64,000 bases of DNA from an uncultured Acidobacteriota bacterium (GTDB taxonomy: Bacteria; Acidobacteriota; Terriglobia; Terriglobales; Acidobacteriaceae), in assembly GCA_963696635.1 (NCBI GenBank), contig CAVOKX010000014.1, forward strand, positions 256,234 to 320,233, written 5' to 3'. A program made the translations under genes and the position numbers. The number at the start of each line of letters is the position of its first letter. Position 1 is the stretch's first letter. Below the pieces are notes generated by a model. It ran no database searches, was not told the DNA's origin, and saw nothing but the letters and a program-made list of their open reading frames with translations. Shown here piece by piece: positions 17,430-27,480 of this stretch.

Positions 17430-18767
17430 ATGCCTACCGATATCGTCATGCCGCAGATGGGCGAGTCTATTTTTGAGGGAACCATCACCAAGTGGCTGAA
17501 GAAGCCTGGCGACAAGGTACAGCGCGACGAGCCGCTATTTGAGATCTCTACCGACAAGGTAGATGCCGAGATCCCAGCGCCCGCCTCAGGGATCCTGCAG
17601 GACATTAAGGTAGTCGAAGGGAACACCGTCCAGGTGAACACTGTGGTGGGCACAATTGCCAGCGATGGCGAAGCTGCGGCGCCGTCTCCCACTCCTTCGA
17701 AGGCCACGGCCTCTGCACCGGCCGCTCCAACGAAGACACAAACGGCGCCCCTGAGCCCGGCGGTTTCGGCCGAAAGGCAGGCGACTGCCGAGACCGCACA
17801 CGAAGGACTGGTGCATGAAGACGAGGGTGATCACGCCAGGTCTTCGCCCCTGGTTCGCAAGATTGCTCGCGAACATAACGTTAATTTGTCGCAGGTGCCG
17901 GGTACCGGCATGGGTGGCCGCATTACTAAGCAAGACATCATGACGTTTCTGGATAGGGCAGAAACCGCAACTGCTCCGGCCGTATCCCCCCGCGCGGACA
18001 CGCGAGTTGCTTCATCAACTGTGCCTTCGCCCAGGCCAACTGCGGCTACTCCGCCGGCAATCCCCGGAGATATGGTACCGATGACGCAGATGCGCAAGAT
18101 CATTGCCCAGCGGATGATCGAATCCCGCCGCACCAGCGCTCACGTTCATTGCATGTTTGAAGTGGACATTACCCGCATCGTACAGCTGCGCAACAAAACC
18201 AAGTCCGCTTTCGAGCAGCGTCACGGGGCGCGGCTTACCTTCATGCCGTTCTTCGTCCGCGCCGCGATCATCGCACTGCAGCAGTTCCCGATTGTTAACG
18301 CCTCAATCGAAGGCGAAAACCTTCGCTATCACCGCCACGTGAACGTCGGTATCGCCGTGGCACTCGATTGGGGACTCATCGTTCCCGTACTGAAGAATGC
18401 TGACGAGTTGAATTTCCTCGGGCTGCAACGCGGCATCTCCGACCTGGGCGAGCGCGCACGCTCGAAGAAACTGAAGCCGGAAGAAGTGGAAGGTTCCACC
18501 TTCACAGTCACGAACCCCGGACAGTTTGGCGCAGTCTTTGGATTGCCCATCATCAATCAGCCAAATTCGGCGATTCTGGGTGTGGGTGGCATCACCAAAA
18601 TGCCCCTCGTAGTCACCGATAATGACGGCAATGACTCCATCGCGATCCGCTCCGTGGTTCACCTAACCCTCGGCTACGACCACCGGATCATCGACGGCGC
18701 GGTCGCGGATCAGTTTATGGCTTTTGTGAAGAAGACGCTGGAGAACTGGAGCGAAGAGGTCGGATAG
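17430..18767 (+). CDS. 2-oxoacid dehydrogenase E2 dihydrolipoamide acyltransferase
   Basis: 445 aa. Lipoyl domain 'EISTDKVDAEIPAP'; Ala/Pro linkers; E3-binding 'SPLVRKIAREHNVNLSQVPGTGMGGRITKQDI'; catalytic 'LGYDHRIIDGAVADQF'. Confidence 0.9.
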   Translation: MPTDIVMPQMGESIFEGTITKWLKKPGDKVQRDEPLFEISTDKVDAEIPAPASGILQDIKVVEGNTVQVNTVVGTIASDGEAAAPSPTPSKATASAPAAPTKTQTAPLSPAVSAERQATAETAHEGLVHEDEGDHARSSPLVRKIAREHNVNLSQVPGTGMGGRITKQDIMTFLDRAETATAPAVSPRADTRVASSTVPSPRPTAATPPAIPGDMVPMTQMRKIIAQRMIESRRTSAHVHCMFEVDITRIVQLRNKTKSAFEQRHGARLTFMPFFVRAAIIALQQFPIVNASIEGENLRYHRHVNVGIAVALDWGLIVPVLKNADELNFLGLQRGISDLGERARSKKLKPEEVEGSTFTVTNPGQFGAVFGLPIINQPNSAILGVGGITKMPLVVTDNDGNDSIAIRSVVHLTLGYDHRIIDGAVADQFMAFVKKTLENWSEEVG

Positions 18768-18821
18768 CAATGATATTCAGAGTATGGTTACGATAAAATG
18801 TCCTCAGGCGATGATCGCACC

Positions 18822-19082
18822 CTACTTCGCCTTCGCCCAGACCGAGGCATTGAAACACTCCACGACGCCATCGATCGCTTTCGCCAGCCCGGCCTTAAAT
18901 TTCTCCTCATCCACGATCTCTCGACTGGCAACCGCGCTACTCACGGACAGCGCCGCCTCCAGGAATGACAATGCGGCGTCTTTTTTTTCCGTTCCCGTTC
19001 GGTGGCTGAACAGTCCTTCGATACCGTTCACCACCGCGGGCACAAAGGAAATCGTCTGTAGAAGTGTGGCTAGAAAGTTCAT
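18822..19082 (-). CDS. Holin-like small membrane protein (LL-H-holin-like pattern)
   Basis: 86 aa. N-terminal hydrophobic segment 'FLATLLQTISFVPAVVNGI', then 'GTEKKDAALSFLEAAL...IVDEEKFKAGLAKAIDGVVECFN'. This resembles the Holin_LLH layout, recalled from memory. It is the last gene of the phage-like block. Confidence 0.35.
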   Translation of the reverse strand: MNFLATLLQTISFVPAVVNGIEGLFSHRTGTEKKDAALSFLEAALSVSSAVASREIVDEEKFKAGLAKAIDGVVECFNASVWAKAK

Positions 19083-19178
19083 TGCTGTTTCTCCTGAAGT
19101 CTTCGGAAGACTTCGGATGTGTCGGAATAAGAAGTGGGAGTGGCTTAGACAGGCGACAAACCTGATAGAGGAGTTAAT

Positions 19179-19610
19179 CTACTTCGGAAAGCCGTTCAAC
19201 ACGAACTTGGTGAGATACATGATCAACCCGAAGAGCGCGCTAAGGGCTAGGCCTCCAACCGCGCCTGCCACCCCAGAGGTCACTGATGATCTGCCTTGCC
19301 GAGCGGAGAGTGCCGCGTTTACTTCGTCTCGCCATTTGTTGTGTTCCTTCTCTTGGCTCTCGTAGACTTCACGGCCAACAAAACTCGCTTCCTTCCGACG
19401 AGCCTCTTCGTGAGCATGATTTAGAATCTCAAGGCGTCGAAGCATTTCAATGTGGTTTAGCTGCACTGCTCGGTCGGCAAGCTCGAAGCGCAGCTCGACG
19501 TGAGCTTTATGTTCATCGACCCTTTCGCGCTCGGCCGCTAGGATGGCGAGCATATGCTCCTTCAGGGACACCGAATCGCATTCATCATTCAGATTCACAG
19601 GCAGATTCAC
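19179..19610 (-). CDS. Coiled-coil protein with C-terminal membrane anchor (lysis- or spanin-like position)
   Basis: 143 aa. Heptad-rich centre and C-terminal TM 'GVAGAVGGLALSALFGLIMYL'. Start is uncertain (GTG at 19610). Confidence 0.35.
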   Translation of the reverse strand: MNLPVNLNDECDSVSLKEHMLAILAAERERVDEHKAHVELRFELADRAVQLNHIEMLRRLEILNHAHEEARRKEASFVGREVYESQEKEHNKWRDEVNAALSARQGRSSVTSGVAGAVGGLALSALFGLIMYLTKFVLNGFPK

Positions 19611-19715
19611 AGGACACCTCTACAGGGAACGCTTTGGTCGCGAGTCGTACCGTTAACGACACTCCTCATGCTGCCGAGAAGTGGGGTATTGGTGGAACAT
19701 TTTTTCAAATACCGC

Positions 19716-22052
19716 TCATAGTGGATAGTCCAGGTGCAGAGCTGCGCTGTATCTTGAATACTTTGGCGGGACGGAATTGTCGTACTGTTGCAAGTAACAG
19801 TTCTGCACCCGAGATAGACGAGGTATGGTGAAGGCCTGTGTCGCGAATCGTCCTACCAAGTTGCGGTCATTGCCGGGGCCCCAGCCTGCGTTACTCCAGC
19901 GGACCTCGATTCCACCACCGCTGATCGGGGCTATACCGGCATCTACACTAACCGTAGTCGACGTTACCTGAGTGATTTCTGCTGCCGTCAAATCAGCCAA
20001 ATATGTTGTTCCCACCTGTGCATTAGTTAACTGATCCACAAACAGCGAAGTTGTAGCTTTTGTCGCTTCGAATTCAAATGCCAAGGTCTTTGCGGCATCG
20101 TTCGCAAATTTGATCTTGTAACTGAGGTGCTCGCCTTCCAGATTTTTTGTCGTTATCTCGACCTCGGTCACGATGGCAGGAAATGTTGCACTTCGTGACG
20201 GAACGTTTATGTTCAATGCGTCGCCAGGAAAGATGTCGCCGGCGCTTCCCGGTAAATAATCGCTCCAGACATCATATTCGCCCGTCCATGCCGGACCCGT
20301 AGCGTCGTCCAGCAGCGCCAAAGCCGCCATTTCGCAATCCGCGGCGGTGCGCGCCAGCGGTTCCTTCGGGTGGCGTACCGCGCCATGTAAACCGTCATCG
20401 ATTCCGCGTTGTTGGGCAGCGATGCTTGCCGGATTTGTCACCCGTGCCAGAGCGTGGCCAAGGCTCCGATAGTGAACCTCGATATATTGGTTGGCTGCGG
20501 GCGCGTATTGCGGATAAAACTCCAGCGCGTTGCTCGACGTGATCTCGCACTCCGCCCCTTCTTCCAACGACCCGACGAGCTGCGTAATGTAACCCTGTCC
20601 CGGAAGAGCGCTGCGTACCTCTGCATCTACCGCTTGAATCAGTCGCGTGAAGGCAATCGCACACTGCAAGTTGGCAGAGTTTGCCAGAGCGCAAGTGCAA
20701 AAATCCGGCGCGCTGGAGATGACTCCGTCGTACAGTACAGCGGGCGGTGCAACCAGCGTCGCCGGATTCGCCGGATCAATGTCCTGTAACTCCAATACGA
20801 CGCGCACGTCCGCGGCAATCTCGGCCCCTCCAATTCCGCTGCCGGAGGGATGGACGGACGAATGAAATATCTGCTGCCTCCTATAGATTTCCTCGGAATA
20901 TAAACGGGTGTTCAGAAGATAATGATGCCCCGCGACCGTGGTAATTAGCACACCGCTGGCCGCCCCATTCACCAAAGCCTGGATATTCGATTGGGTTCCG
21001 TTTGGTGTGATCTGAAACCCCGCGAGGCAGCCCGCGATAGAGACTGCGCCAGGATAAAGTCCACCCAGCACCCCGGTGGATGCGGCGCTGAACATGACGT
21101 CGCCGTGCTGGATCACTAACGGGGCCCCAAGTTCGACTTTCTCAGCGAATTGCACCAGCGTGGTGCCATCCGCTCCCGTGCCACCCGCAATCTGCAGTTG
21201 ACCCCCACTCACCGAGATCACATTCAAGGGATCGATCACGCTCCACAGCGTGGGCTCCAGCGGCGAAATCGTGAATTCTTCGTCGAAAAGGGTTTTGCTC
21301 GCCTTTGTGAACGGCGTCTGGGAAAGATAAAATTTAAGGGTCAATCCGTCGCCCACGAAGTAATCCTTTACATAAGCTTGTGGTTCGCTTTGTCCTATCA
21401 CCGTCACATCGTTTATCAACCCATTCACCGGTTGTAATTTCAGGCCGTCCGGGCAGAATGTAGTGTCTGTTTCAGACAGGGAGTAGGATGTTGCTCCCAG
21501 CGGTGCGAAAATCAATGCCCCATTCATAATGCGGTAGCTGGCCCGCGCCTGAATAGCGATTTCTGCCGCTTGTTGCGACCACGTCTTTCGCGGATCAGAC
21601 GCATACCACGCCAGCGTGTCCAAATCTTGGACAGCGCTGGTATCGAAAACTCCAGGCAGCAAGTCCTGGGTCAACTGCCGGAGCGCATCGCCCGCGCTCC
21701 GGTTAAGGAAAGGGCAACGATCAGGGAGCCGTTTCTCGTCGAGTAGGCCCTCGTCGCTCTGTGCCACCAAGTCGTAACGGTAAACGGGACCTCTTTCTCC
21801 CCATCCCAAATACTCAAAAACAGGAGATTGCATCAGATATCCGGTGAACACGTCCTGGCCATTGGTGAGCCCCAACGTAAGCCGCGCTCCGGTTGTGGGC
21901 ACTACAAAATCAGGCGAGTCCGCCACGAGGCTGAGCTTGAGTTCGGAAGGCTGGTTCAGTTTGCGGACTACCTGTGGAGATCGCGACCCGTCAATCGAAG
22001 AAGTGTAGTCGGTGGGTCCGAGACCATCGAGATTATCGATTTGTAATTTCAT
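19716..22052 (-). CDS. Phage tail hub / baseplate-hub-like protein (gpD/gp27-like N-terminus)
   Basis: 778 aa. The N-terminal pattern 'DVFTGYLMQSPVFEYLGWGERGPVYRYDLVAQSDEGLLDEKRLP..FLNRSAGDALRQLTQDLL' resembles the 'F.G.v....Y.Y.l.a.s....L' core of gpD/VgrG-type hubs. Confidence 0.45.
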   Translation of the reverse strand: MKLQIDNLDGLGPTDYTSSIDGSRSPQVVRKLNQPSELKLSLVADSPDFVVPTTGARLTLGLTNGQDVFTGYLMQSPVFEYLGWGERGPVYRYDLVAQSDEGLLDEKRLPDRCPFLNRSAGDALRQLTQDLLPGVFDTSAVQDLDTLAWYASDPRKTWSQQAAEIAIQARASYRIMNGALIFAPLGATSYSLSETDTTFCPDGLKLQPVNGLINDVTVIGQSEPQAYVKDYFVGDGLTLKFYLSQTPFTKASKTLFDEEFTISPLEPTLWSVIDPLNVISVSGGQLQIAGGTGADGTTLVQFAEKVELGAPLVIQHGDVMFSAASTGVLGGLYPGAVSIAGCLAGFQITPNGTQSNIQALVNGAASGVLITTVAGHHYLLNTRLYSEEIYRRQQIFHSSVHPSGSGIGGAEIAADVRVVLELQDIDPANPATLVAPPAVLYDGVISSAPDFCTCALANSANLQCAIAFTRLIQAVDAEVRSALPGQGYITQLVGSLEEGAECEITSSNALEFYPQYAPAANQYIEVHYRSLGHALARVTNPASIAAQQRGIDDGLHGAVRHPKEPLARTAADCEMAALALLDDATGPAWTGEYDVWSDYLPGSAGDIFPGDALNINVPSRSATFPAIVTEVEITTKNLEGEHLSYKIKFANDAAKTLAFEFEATKATTSLFVDQLTNAQVGTTYLADLTAAEITQVTSTTVSVDAGIAPISGGGIEVRWSNAGWGPGNDRNLVGRFATQAFTIPRLSRVQNCYLQQYDNSVPPKYSRYSAALHLDYPL

Positions 22053-22343
22053 TTTGGATTTGAATGAGAATGACTGTTCGACTTCAACTGCACCGGCGTG
22101 AATTCGGTTTGTTGTTGTGCTGGCGTGACGGAAAAAACGCGGAGAGCCCGCAAACTTCCCGCGCGCGCACCCGAAACCGGCGAGTATCTTCTTTTGCCCG
22201 AGAAGGAGCGAGCTCCAAAAAGCAGAGTGGTCGTGGGTTGTTTTTGGCCACAGCCGGCCGTGGAGTCCTAACGCATATTAGGCATGACTGAAGTCCCGAC
22301 GCAAGGATACCGGCGTGGGTATTGTCAACCTGGTTGTAGATCC

Positions 22344-23378
22344 CTAGTAAACCGCGGCCATGGCGGCGGGAAAGTAGCTGCGATAGCACACCACAGTCTG
22401 CCCGTCATTCTCATCTAAATGCGGCATCGCTTGAAAGGCGGCATGCAAAGCGAGGGAAGCAACTGGCTTTGTGATCTCCATCCGTTCCTCTCTCTGAAAT
22501 GCTTTGACCGCTCTAGGCTGAGCTGTGGGAGTCAAAGGCATGGACAGTTCGATCGCGGTAGTCGGGCTGAGCCTGGGATAGTGAAAGCACACTCGGCCTC
22601 CCGACTCTTCCTCCGCCACGAATAGTGCCGACCATTCCTGAAAAAATGATCCTCCTTCGCGATCCACGAACGCGACTACTTTTTGCACGGAAGCTCCCGT
22701 GGACGGTGCTCCGCCCAGTAAGGGCTGAGCCAGCAGTAATGAAGTCACCGTTTCTTGGGCTACGCGGCCAACGTTAAACGTCACACGACGAACGTAATTG
22801 GCATCCCGGTTCACATCTGCGGGGTCGCTAACGTACGCAGCCGAGATTCCCGTTCCCACATATCCGGTCTGCTGCTGGTAGTCGGTGTCTACGGCAACAA
22901 CGTCGCCCACCGCAAACGCATTCACCGCTCCCACTCCCAGAACGATCTGGCTGGCCGTCGATCCTGGAAGTACGGCTACCGCCGGCAGGGGTGTTCCGCC
23001 GGAGGGTTGTGCGTTGGCATTTGGATCGGACGCCAGTACGTTCATGTGCTCGGATCCGCACGCCAGAGCCATTTGGAGCTTGCCCCACTCGCGAAAATCG
23101 AATTCAATCCGCGCATCAATTGGACCACGAAACTGTGCAGTAGGTGCTGCCGCTGTGCCCGCCCGCAATGGTTCGGTAAGGGTCGTGCACCAACGTTGGA
23201 AGTTGTCCACCCAGCCAAGATCGAGCCATGGCGCGGGCGGTGCATCCAGCAGGAATGCACCGTACTTGCCCGGATCGAAGATCGATGGTGTTCCTGCAGT
23301 GCGGTTCATCGGCGCAAAGTATGCGCGAATTTGCCGCGTGACCGGAACCATTGGCGCGCGAAGCGGCGAGGTACTCAT
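22344..23378 (-). CDS. Phage structural protein (possible tail tube / major tail protein)
   Basis: 344 aa. ATGA overlap with the upstream gene. Called on position alone, between the connector-like genes and the hub; no diagnostic motif was recognised. Confidence 0.3.
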   Translation of the reverse strand: MSTSPLRAPMVPVTRQIRAYFAPMNRTAGTPSIFDPGKYGAFLLDAPPAPWLDLGWVDNFQRWCTTLTEPLRAGTAAAPTAQFRGPIDARIEFDFREWGKLQMALACGSEHMNVLASDPNANAQPSGGTPLPAVAVLPGSTASQIVLGVGAVNAFAVGDVVAVDTDYQQQTGYVGTGISAAYVSDPADVNRDANYVRRVTFNVGRVAQETVTSLLLAQPLLGGAPSTGASVQKVVAFVDREGGSFFQEWSALFVAEEESGGRVCFHYPRLSPTTAIELSMPLTPTAQPRAVKAFQREERMEITKPVASLALHAAFQAMPHLDENDGQTVVCYRSYFPAAMAAVY

Positions 23379-23908
23379 AGAAAGTTCACCTCGGGAAAGA
23401 AGAAAACCTTTAAGCTGGCACTGCGCTCCAGTCGCACTCCTTCGTTTCCTCTGGGAAGACCCTCGTTCTTCGCCGCTTCACTGCCAGAAACCTTGCCCAG
23501 GTTCGGTGTCGTCCATAGAATACTTGTCCCCAAATCAGCGCTGGGCGTCTGTGTGTAATCTCGCTTTGAAGTTCGGGGCGGTTCACAAATATTCAGTAGT
23601 TCCATATCGAGAGCCGCCAGCGCCCGGCCTCGATCCACGCCGCTCTGCACCGTTCCGAAGGTGTGGTAAGAAATTATGCATTCCATTTCCATCAGACCCC
23701 TATCGCCCACTTGGTCTTGCACCATCTGTGCCGTGCCCCATTCGATGTAAAACGCGTCGGACACGGGCTGGGCAGAAATCACTAATTCGTTTTCCGCCAC
23801 GATGATCGCGGGCCGAGTCGTCCCGTCGAGAGTAACCGTTTGAAGCGGGTTCAACGAGACCAACCGTTGCAGCAGTGCCATATAAAAACTATCTTTGGTG
23901 AATTGCAT
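23375..23908 (-). CDS. Phage head-tail joining / tail-terminator-like protein
   Basis: 177 aa. Called on position and size only; translationally coupled to 22344-23378. Confidence 0.3.
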   Translation of the reverse strand: MQFTKDSFYMALLQRLVSLNPLQTVTLDGTTRPAIIVAENELVISAQPVSDAFYIEWGTAQMVQDQVGDRGLMEMECIISYHTFGTVQSGVDRGRALAALDMELLNICEPPRTSKRDYTQTPSADLGTSILWTTPNLGKVSGSEAAKNEGLPRGNEGVRLERSASLKVFFFPEVNFL

Positions 23909-23977
23909 AAAGGCAGCGTAAGCTCCTGAGTCCTAGCTTTTGGCTCGACCTGGTTTTGTGAATGCTAAGCCAGGGGA

Positions 23978-24029
23978 GGCACGGCTTCAGCCGTGCCGGT
24001 CGAGCCATGAAAAATGTAGGCTTCAGCCT
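23978..24029. repeat. REP-like hairpins inside the phage-like structural operon
   Basis: GGCACGGC-TTCA-GCCGTGCC (23978-23997) and AGGC-TTCA-GCCT (24018-24029), in the 184-bp gap between two structural genes. Confidence 0.6.
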
Positions 24030-24092
24030 CTGGGGTTAAGATTTTCCCTAGTCCAAGCCAAGAGCTAGGAGCCAGAAGCTAGGACCATCCTT

Positions 24093-24503
24093 TCATTCCA
24101 CCGCCAGTACTCGGTAGAGATAAGCAGTTCCATCGAAGTACTCCGTGGTCACGTTCTCGATATGAAAAAGATCGTTGTCGTACAACAGTCCGAGCGCGCC
24201 ATCGAACAGGACTTCAGCCGATGCCACGTTCCGTGAACTTAACTCCGCCGCCACCGCGGCGCCCGACAACAGGAACTCCAAACGTCTTCGAGGGCCCGTC
24301 GCCGGAGTAATCAAAGTCCGCACTACCACGGGAGAAAAGATCACTTCTTCCACCCCTGGATCGGCTAAGCCAAGTTGAGCGCTGGGATCATTAGGCATCG
24401 TGACCAACGGGAATAGCATGCTGACCTCGGCGCCACCTAGCGCCTGCAGCATTGCATCTGCCGCCCGCACCACCGCCGATGAACTCATCCCGGTTTCAGT
24501 CAT
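24093..24503 (-). CDS. Phage head-completion/adaptor-like protein
   Basis: 136 aa. Packed 3 nt behind the upstream gene. Called on position only. Confidence 0.3.
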   Translation of the reverse strand: MTETGMSSSAVVRAADAMLQALGGAEVSMLFPLVTMPNDPSAQLGLADPGVEEVIFSPVVVRTLITPATGPRRRLEFLLSGAAVAAELSSRNVASAEVLFDGALGLLYDNDLFHIENVTTEYFDGTAYLYRVLAVE

Positions 24504-24506
24504 GCT

Positions 24507-25133
24507 TCAGCCCACCTTCTGTGCTACGTACGGCGCCAGCATGGCCTGTACACCCTGATCTATCAGTGAGTCGGAAAAATAATCCATACTCATGACATCG
24601 ACCTTCCCGCTGCGCACATTCAATGCGGGGGTCGCTTGCGCGTTGCGGACAATTTGCGCGCATGCAAACTTTACCGGGTCGGAAATAACTGCCAGCCCCG
24701 CCGTGTATACGATGTCCGCCTCGCTGAACCACAAACCCACGATGTTCAGTGGCAGTGTCAACTCACCTGTATTGGCGAAAAAATCGATTGCGGCGGCGTT
24801 GATGCCCGTCCAGATTCCAGGCAATCCGAACATGAGAGCAGCATCCAGTCGAAGATCATCGAATGGCCAATCGCCTCGGCGCGGGATCGTGTAGCGTCCC
24901 TGTGCTGAGACAATGGGCGTGACCGCCGGTGGCACAACCGCCAGTGGAATGTAGGTCAGACGCACCGTATTGCGATCTGCAGCGATTCGCAATCGTTCCT
25001 CATACTGCGCCACCGCCAGGCTGGCTCGTCGACAATGTGCATCGATGAGCGACGATGCTGCAGCTACGAATGCGGCGGGCGTTGTTGCGTCCAACCCGTA
25101 AAGCTCGTATTCCGAAGGAGCGAGATAAATCAT
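24507..25133 (-). CDS. Phage head-tail connector-like protein
   Basis: 208 aa. The N-terminus 'MIYLAPSEYELYGLDATTPAAFVAAASSLIDAHC' resembles gp6-type connector N-termini. Lies directly after the capsid gene. Confidence 0.35.
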   Translation of the reverse strand: MIYLAPSEYELYGLDATTPAAFVAAASSLIDAHCRRASLAVAQYEERLRIAADRNTVRLTYIPLAVVPPAVTPIVSAQGRYTIPRRGDWPFDDLRLDAALMFGLPGIWTGINAAAIDFFANTGELTLPLNIVGLWFSEADIVYTAGLAVISDPVKFACAQIVRNAQATPALNVRSGKVDVMSMDYFSDSLIDQGVQAMLAPYVAQKVG

Positions 25134-25221
25134 AAGAGTTCCAAGTTTCCCGATTGCCAGTCGTCAGTGGACTCGCCGCCTTATCGAACTCGCAACGAAT
25201 CACTGACGACCGGCAACTGCC

Positions 25222-26193
25222 TTACCGGTTTACCTTCACTTCGTAGTGCGCATAGGCTGCGCCTTTGACCACCACCGCACCGAACTTCACCACTACCATT
25301 TGCGAAGCCAATGCGCCGAGCAGTCCCAACTGGAAGACCCGCGGATTCGGGTCCGTTAACCAGTGGTACTCGATCAGGTCTTCGGTCACGATGTAAGCGG
25401 GAAGCACCGCCGTGCCCGTGCCGGGTGTTCCCGTGTAGGGCACCGCCCACTCCGGAATCAGTGGCAACTCTCCCGCTTGCGTTGAAAGAGTCTTGACCGT
25501 TAGCCCGCCCGTAATCTGGGCGGTAGAAAGCACGACATTGAACTCGGCTTTCATTTCACGATCGATCAGGTCGAGCAGCACCGGATTGGCATAGATCGCT
25601 GTGGGACGAACTTCGTAGGAGGAACTCGCCACCATTCCGGCGATCACTCCCTTGATTCCGTCCACGATGCTCTCGGTAGTCGTGATGGTGGTGGTGTTGC
25701 CCCCCGCCTCGATCTGGCCGATCGCTCCCATGTATTGGAACGTGGTCGGCGTTGTCAGCGAAGTGTCGTTGCCATTCCAAAGCGCAACGTCGTGAGTTCG
25801 CAGCAGCCCTTCCACCGAGTCGGTCAGGTCTTTCGCTTGCAAGTAAGCAAACTGGCTTTGCTGAGCGCCGACTTCCAGGTCAAACAGGTTGTAGTTGATC
25901 TGCGAGACCAGAGCCTTCAGCGGCACCGTACGCTCAATGCGGGTTGGTGCACCGACGGTGGCCACGATATTTCGCGGGTCGACGAATGCCTGCACCGCCG
26001 TCGGGGAATTGATTAGAGTCTCTTCGAAGTATCGTGAAGGATGCCCCGTTGCAGGTACCTGCCGGACTCGTTGCCCGAACACTCCCCGCCGGCGCACGAT
26101 GTCGAAAATCTCCGTTTGATAACGGTTGATCTCAATCGCGCCTGGCCCCAGAAAATCCGCCGCCGCGTTCAGATCAATAAATTGTGTGTGCAT
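25222..26193 (-). CDS. Phage major capsid protein (HK97-fold expected)
   Basis: About 323 aa from ATG 26193, preceded by AGGAG with a 5-nt spacer. Size and position after the protease and scaffold-like genes fit a capsid protein. The ORF-track TTG at 26271 is less likely. Confidence 0.55.
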   Translation of the reverse strand: MHTQFIDLNAAADFLGPGAIEINRYQTEIFDIVRRRGVFGQRVRQVPATGHPSRYFEETLINSPTAVQAFVDPRNIVATVGAPTRIERTVPLKALVSQINYNLFDLEVGAQQSQFAYLQAKDLTDSVEGLLRTHDVALWNGNDTSLTTPTTFQYMGAIGQIEAGGNTTTITTTESIVDGIKGVIAGMVASSSYEVRPTAIYANPVLLDLIDREMKAEFNVVLSTAQITGGLTVKTLSTQAGELPLIPEWAVPYTGTPGTGTAVLPAYIVTEDLIEYHWLTDPNPRVFQLGLLGALASQMVVVKFGAVVVKGAAYAHYEVKVNR

Positions 26194-26334
26194 GTGTTCT
26201 CCTGAGAATGAATTTTGTTGCGTGCATTGAAATTGTGGCGACGGTTTGCTCGTCACGGAAATTCCCGCCAAATGGAAAAGGCACGACCGTTGTCGCGCCC
26301 TTTGTGAACTGAGAAATACGAGATCGGAACTCAG

Positions 26335-26769
26335 CTATTCGATCATCCCCGCCCGCGCCATTTCTGCCTTCACTGCGATACGCTGCTCCACGCTGAGCGA
26401 TTGCAGAGTTTTGTCCAGCATCGCAGGGTCCAGTTTGTCCCCGACCTCCACGCTGCCCTTGCTCAGCAATGCCGTGACCAGCGGAGACAGAGTTTTCCGC
26501 GTCAAACGTGCGGCCTGTCCCTTAAGGTCGTTATTTGCCTTTTCCAGTTCAGCGATGCGTTCCGTCAGCTTTCGTGGCCAGTTAGTTCCGTCCGCGGTTT
26601 CAGAAGTCTCTGACACCCGCTCTTCAACCGCCGCCGCAATACGGTCTACCTTGGCATTCAGGGCTGCCTGTTGTGCATCGATCTTCTCGAGAACCCGATC
26701 CAGAGTCTCGGCCGCACTTGCCAGCCGTTCCGCCGTGGCGAGTAGTTGTTGCGCAGTTTCTGTGTCCAT
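26335..26769 (-). CDS. Scaffold-like coiled-coil protein
   Basis: 144 aa, Ala/Glu/Leu-rich helical sequence ('AERLASAAETLDRVLEKIDAQQAALNAKVDRIAAAVEE'), lying between the protease and capsid genes. Confidence 0.4.
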   Translation of the reverse strand: MDTETAQQLLATAERLASAAETLDRVLEKIDAQQAALNAKVDRIAAAVEERVSETSETADGTNWPRKLTERIAELEKANNDLKGQAARLTRKTLSPLVTALLSKGSVEVGDKLDPAMLDKTLQSLSVEQRIAVKAEMARAGMIE

Positions 26770-26848
26770 CTTTTCTCCTTTTTGGTATTGTTCCGCTTAC
26801 CCGACGCTGCTATTCTCGCCAGCGCGGTTTTACAGTTTTGCTTCTGGC

Positions 26849-27394
26849 TTATTCCAATTCGATCCAAGTGTCCCGATATGCCGCTTTGTCTCGTCGTAAG
26901 ATTGCGGCTCCGGTGAAAGTAACTTGTGTCAGTGTCCAGATCTTCGCCTTAACATCCGCCACGCGCGCATCTGCAATTTCGTAGGACATTGCTAGGCACG
27001 CGCGATGATGCGAACTCGCAGCGTCGACGCCGCTTTGACAATCACGCCCCCGCCCAATCTGCTTCACAATTTCCGGAAAATCCTTGGCGAAAAGGTATCC
27101 GCCCAGCTCAAGTCTCTTTCCCACGATCTCCGCGCGAGTAATAACTCCAACTTTGCGGCGCGTATCGTGACGGTCGAGTGACAAAGAGTAATCCAATGCC
27201 ATGCCCAACAACGACGCCAGCGCGGTCTCAGCGGCGGCCCGTGTCAGTACGACTCTATGACCCCGGGCTCCCGCCGGTGCCTTGTCGGAAGCCACATCGA
27301 CGAGCGTCAACACGCCACGGAATGGTTCCCGGTTCGGATGTCCGACGACTGCCGGCATCGCTATTGCCATCGATTCCAGTTCAATACTCATCAT
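26849..27394 (-). CDS. Prohead maturation protease-like protein
   Basis: 181 aa. 'LDRHDTRRKVGVITRAEIVGKRLELGGYL' resembles the 'HD....iG' His region of HK97-type (S78) prohead proteases. Lies after the portal gene. Confidence 0.45.
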   Translation of the reverse strand: MMSIELESMAIAMPAVVGHPNREPFRGVLTLVDVASDKAPAGARGHRVVLTRAAAETALASLLGMALDYSLSLDRHDTRRKVGVITRAEIVGKRLELGGYLFAKDFPEIVKQIGRGRDCQSGVDAASSHHRACLAMSYEIADARVADVKAKIWTLTQVTFTGAAILRRDKAAYRDTWIELE

Positions 27395-27480
27395 TTGCAG
27401 TCATCCTCAGCGAGTTAATTCGCTCGTGAAAGGCCAGTGAAGGGAACTTGTAAAACCTGATGCCTGATGCCTGAGACGCT

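Noticed and set aside
18784-19365. 193-aa plus-strand ORF
   Set aside because: It overlaps two better-supported minus-strand genes (holin-like and coiled-coil/TM). Its Ala/Ser/Thr-rich sequence lacks motifs.
19584-19610. Tandem GTGAATCTG-CCT-GTGAATCTG at the 5' end of the 143-aa ORF
   Set aside because: Only two 9-nt copies are present. This may just reflect start-site ambiguity and is not enough to call a repeat element.
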